From assembly GCA_963693365.1 (NCBI GenBank), contig CAVNZM010000015.1:3224001-3288000 (forward strand): a stretch of 64,000 bases of DNA. The letters are read 5' to 3'. The notes beneath the pieces were generated by a model. That model was not told the origin of the DNA. It ran no database searches and worked only from the letters and a program-made list of their open reading frames with translations. Shown here piece after piece: positions 62,567 to 64,000 of this stretch. Numbering within the stretch: position 1 is the stretch's first letter; each line of letters starts with the position of its first letter. A program made the translations under genes and the position numbers. Source of the stretch: Amoebidium appalachense. Its lineage: Eukaryota > Protista > Ichthyosporea.

Positions 62567-62802
62567 GAGAGAGGGAGGGAGGGAGGGAGGGAGGGAGGAC
62601 GGGAGGGAGGGAGGGAGGGAGGGAGGGAGGGAGAGAGAGAGAGATGGGGGTGGGGTGGGGGGTGGGGTGGGGGGGGGAAGCATCACTGTTTAAAACTATG
62701 ACTCGGTAGCAAGAAAACAAAAGGGTAAATTCACCTAAGAAGAGGCACTAATCATAGCATGGTGATAGTAGTACGTGTATTGATATCCCGATGCCAACTA
62801 TA
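56550..62802 (+). repeat. Decayed direct segmental duplicate of ~41.0-49.5 kb (cyclin locus and downstream DNA)
   Basis: Colinear shared anchors: ATACATTAATCGGATA 41014/56563; GCATGTATGGCTAAG 45716/58730; CACAATATG 45767/58778; GCTTTTCTATCTCTATTGA 46472/59351; CGCTTGTGCTAG 47131/59858; GGTAAAACG.ATGGGT 48737/62260; ACTCGGTAGCAAGAAA 49372/62701; ATCCCGATGC 49449/62785. Confidence 0.8.
57120..58330 (+). pseudogene. Highly degraded remnant of the PCL-type cyclin within the duplicated block
   Basis: Short colinear matches to the cyclin CDS at about 13 kb offset (CAAGCACACA..GTAC 44088/57123; CCCATACTC.GG.CA 44204/57226; TCGCATGG..GAAAAT.GG 44594/57626; CAGCTA.CAG.TA 45383/58273), interrupted by microsatellites. 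No intact ORF. Confidence 0.45.
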
Positions 62803-63047
62803 GTATGCAGTGGTTGATACAATACTGAGAGAAACATAAATAGGTGCTATACTGAGTATGAATTGCAACCGTGACACGTGAGTAGGTGCAAGATTTGGTA
62901 TGTAACGCCCGGTCCCTCTCAGATTAATTGTAGATGAGTCTGATAGATAGGTTTAGTGTGCAGCTCAGTGACACACAGTGACATACATTTGCATGGTGCA
63001 ACTAACTAAGAACACACACACGCACACGCACGCACGCACACACACGC

Positions 63048-63144
<97 letters not shown>

Positions 63145-63201
63145 CTGAGACACACAAGCAAATGTTCACACGTTGTACTACAAAGAACCAGAGCCATGCA
63201 T

Positions 63202-63289
<88 letters not shown>

Positions 63290-63329
63290 CTGCACACTGC
63301 ACACTGCACACGCACACACACACACGCCC

Positions 63330-63471
<142 letters not shown>

Positions 63472-64000
63472 CATGTGCAGGTGCAAATATATAAAACCAG
63501 GCAGGTCCACGCTGCAGAACGCAAGGTTGAATCCATACTTTGATTCGTGGCCGATGTTGGCATGGCCATGATTTATGTCTTGTCTCGAATTGCTGCAGCT
63601 TTTAATGGGTGTCACGCGGGACTCGCAAAAAGAAAAGTGAGGGGCAAGAAAAGAAAAAAAAAACACTTTATCACACGTCACATATTCAGCGCGTTTTTAC
63701 ACCTAACAGAACGTATGAATGCACAACAGTCACAGGCATAGCACATGTACACGTGCTATATGCACAACATGTTCCACATGTTGGTGATACAGTGACACAC
63801 ATTGCCTATTGTACGTCATCGGTGAAACTGCTGGCGGCGTTTCCGATTGGGAGTTATAGAATGCTCTAGGGAGAGAAGATGTCTGGAGCCATGCCGATTA
63901 GCTGCAGATCACAAGTTCAGATTTGGCAGATTATGGAAAAGCAAATATGTTTGAACCATAACGGATCTACCAGGTCATTTTAGCACGTAAGTTTTGTGGC

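Overview
Eukaryotic, intron-rich genomic DNA with GT-AG introns packed with (CA)n/(GT)n/(GA)n microsatellites and long poly-G/poly-C tracts. The gene set suggests a unicellular opisthokont, possibly an ichthyosporean-type holozoan (inference only). Almost all ORFs in the supplied track are microsatellite artefacts. Five real genes were assembled by hand from splice sites and reading frames: (1) the 3' part of a FUBP/KHSRP-type KH-domain RNA-binding protein (+, <576-9468); (2) an HSL-family alpha/beta-hydrolase (-, 15395-12627); (3) a complete 25-exon class III PI3-kinase VPS34 (+, 15999-37538, 826 aa) divergent from the hydrolase; (4) an intronless Pho85-type (PCL5-like) cyclin (+, 43960-45420); (5) a bacterial-type NYN(LabA/DUF88)-LOTUS(OST-HTH) RNase gene (-, from 54473) whose C-terminal tandem domain is interrupted by one in-frame TAA. 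The most unusual structure is at 41-63 kb. The cyclin locus (about 41.0-49.5 kb) recurs as a heavily decayed colinear copy (about 56.5-62.8 kb). The 7-kb block between the copies, carrying the NYN-LOTUS gene, is bounded by a perfect 20-bp inverted repeat from a TTAA-flanked, palindrome-filled MITE family. Other notable features are local duplications centred on VPS34 splice sites, 3' splice sites made of pure (CA)n, fold-back-like introns, and a WG-repeat tail on the FUBP protein. All alignments were done by eye.
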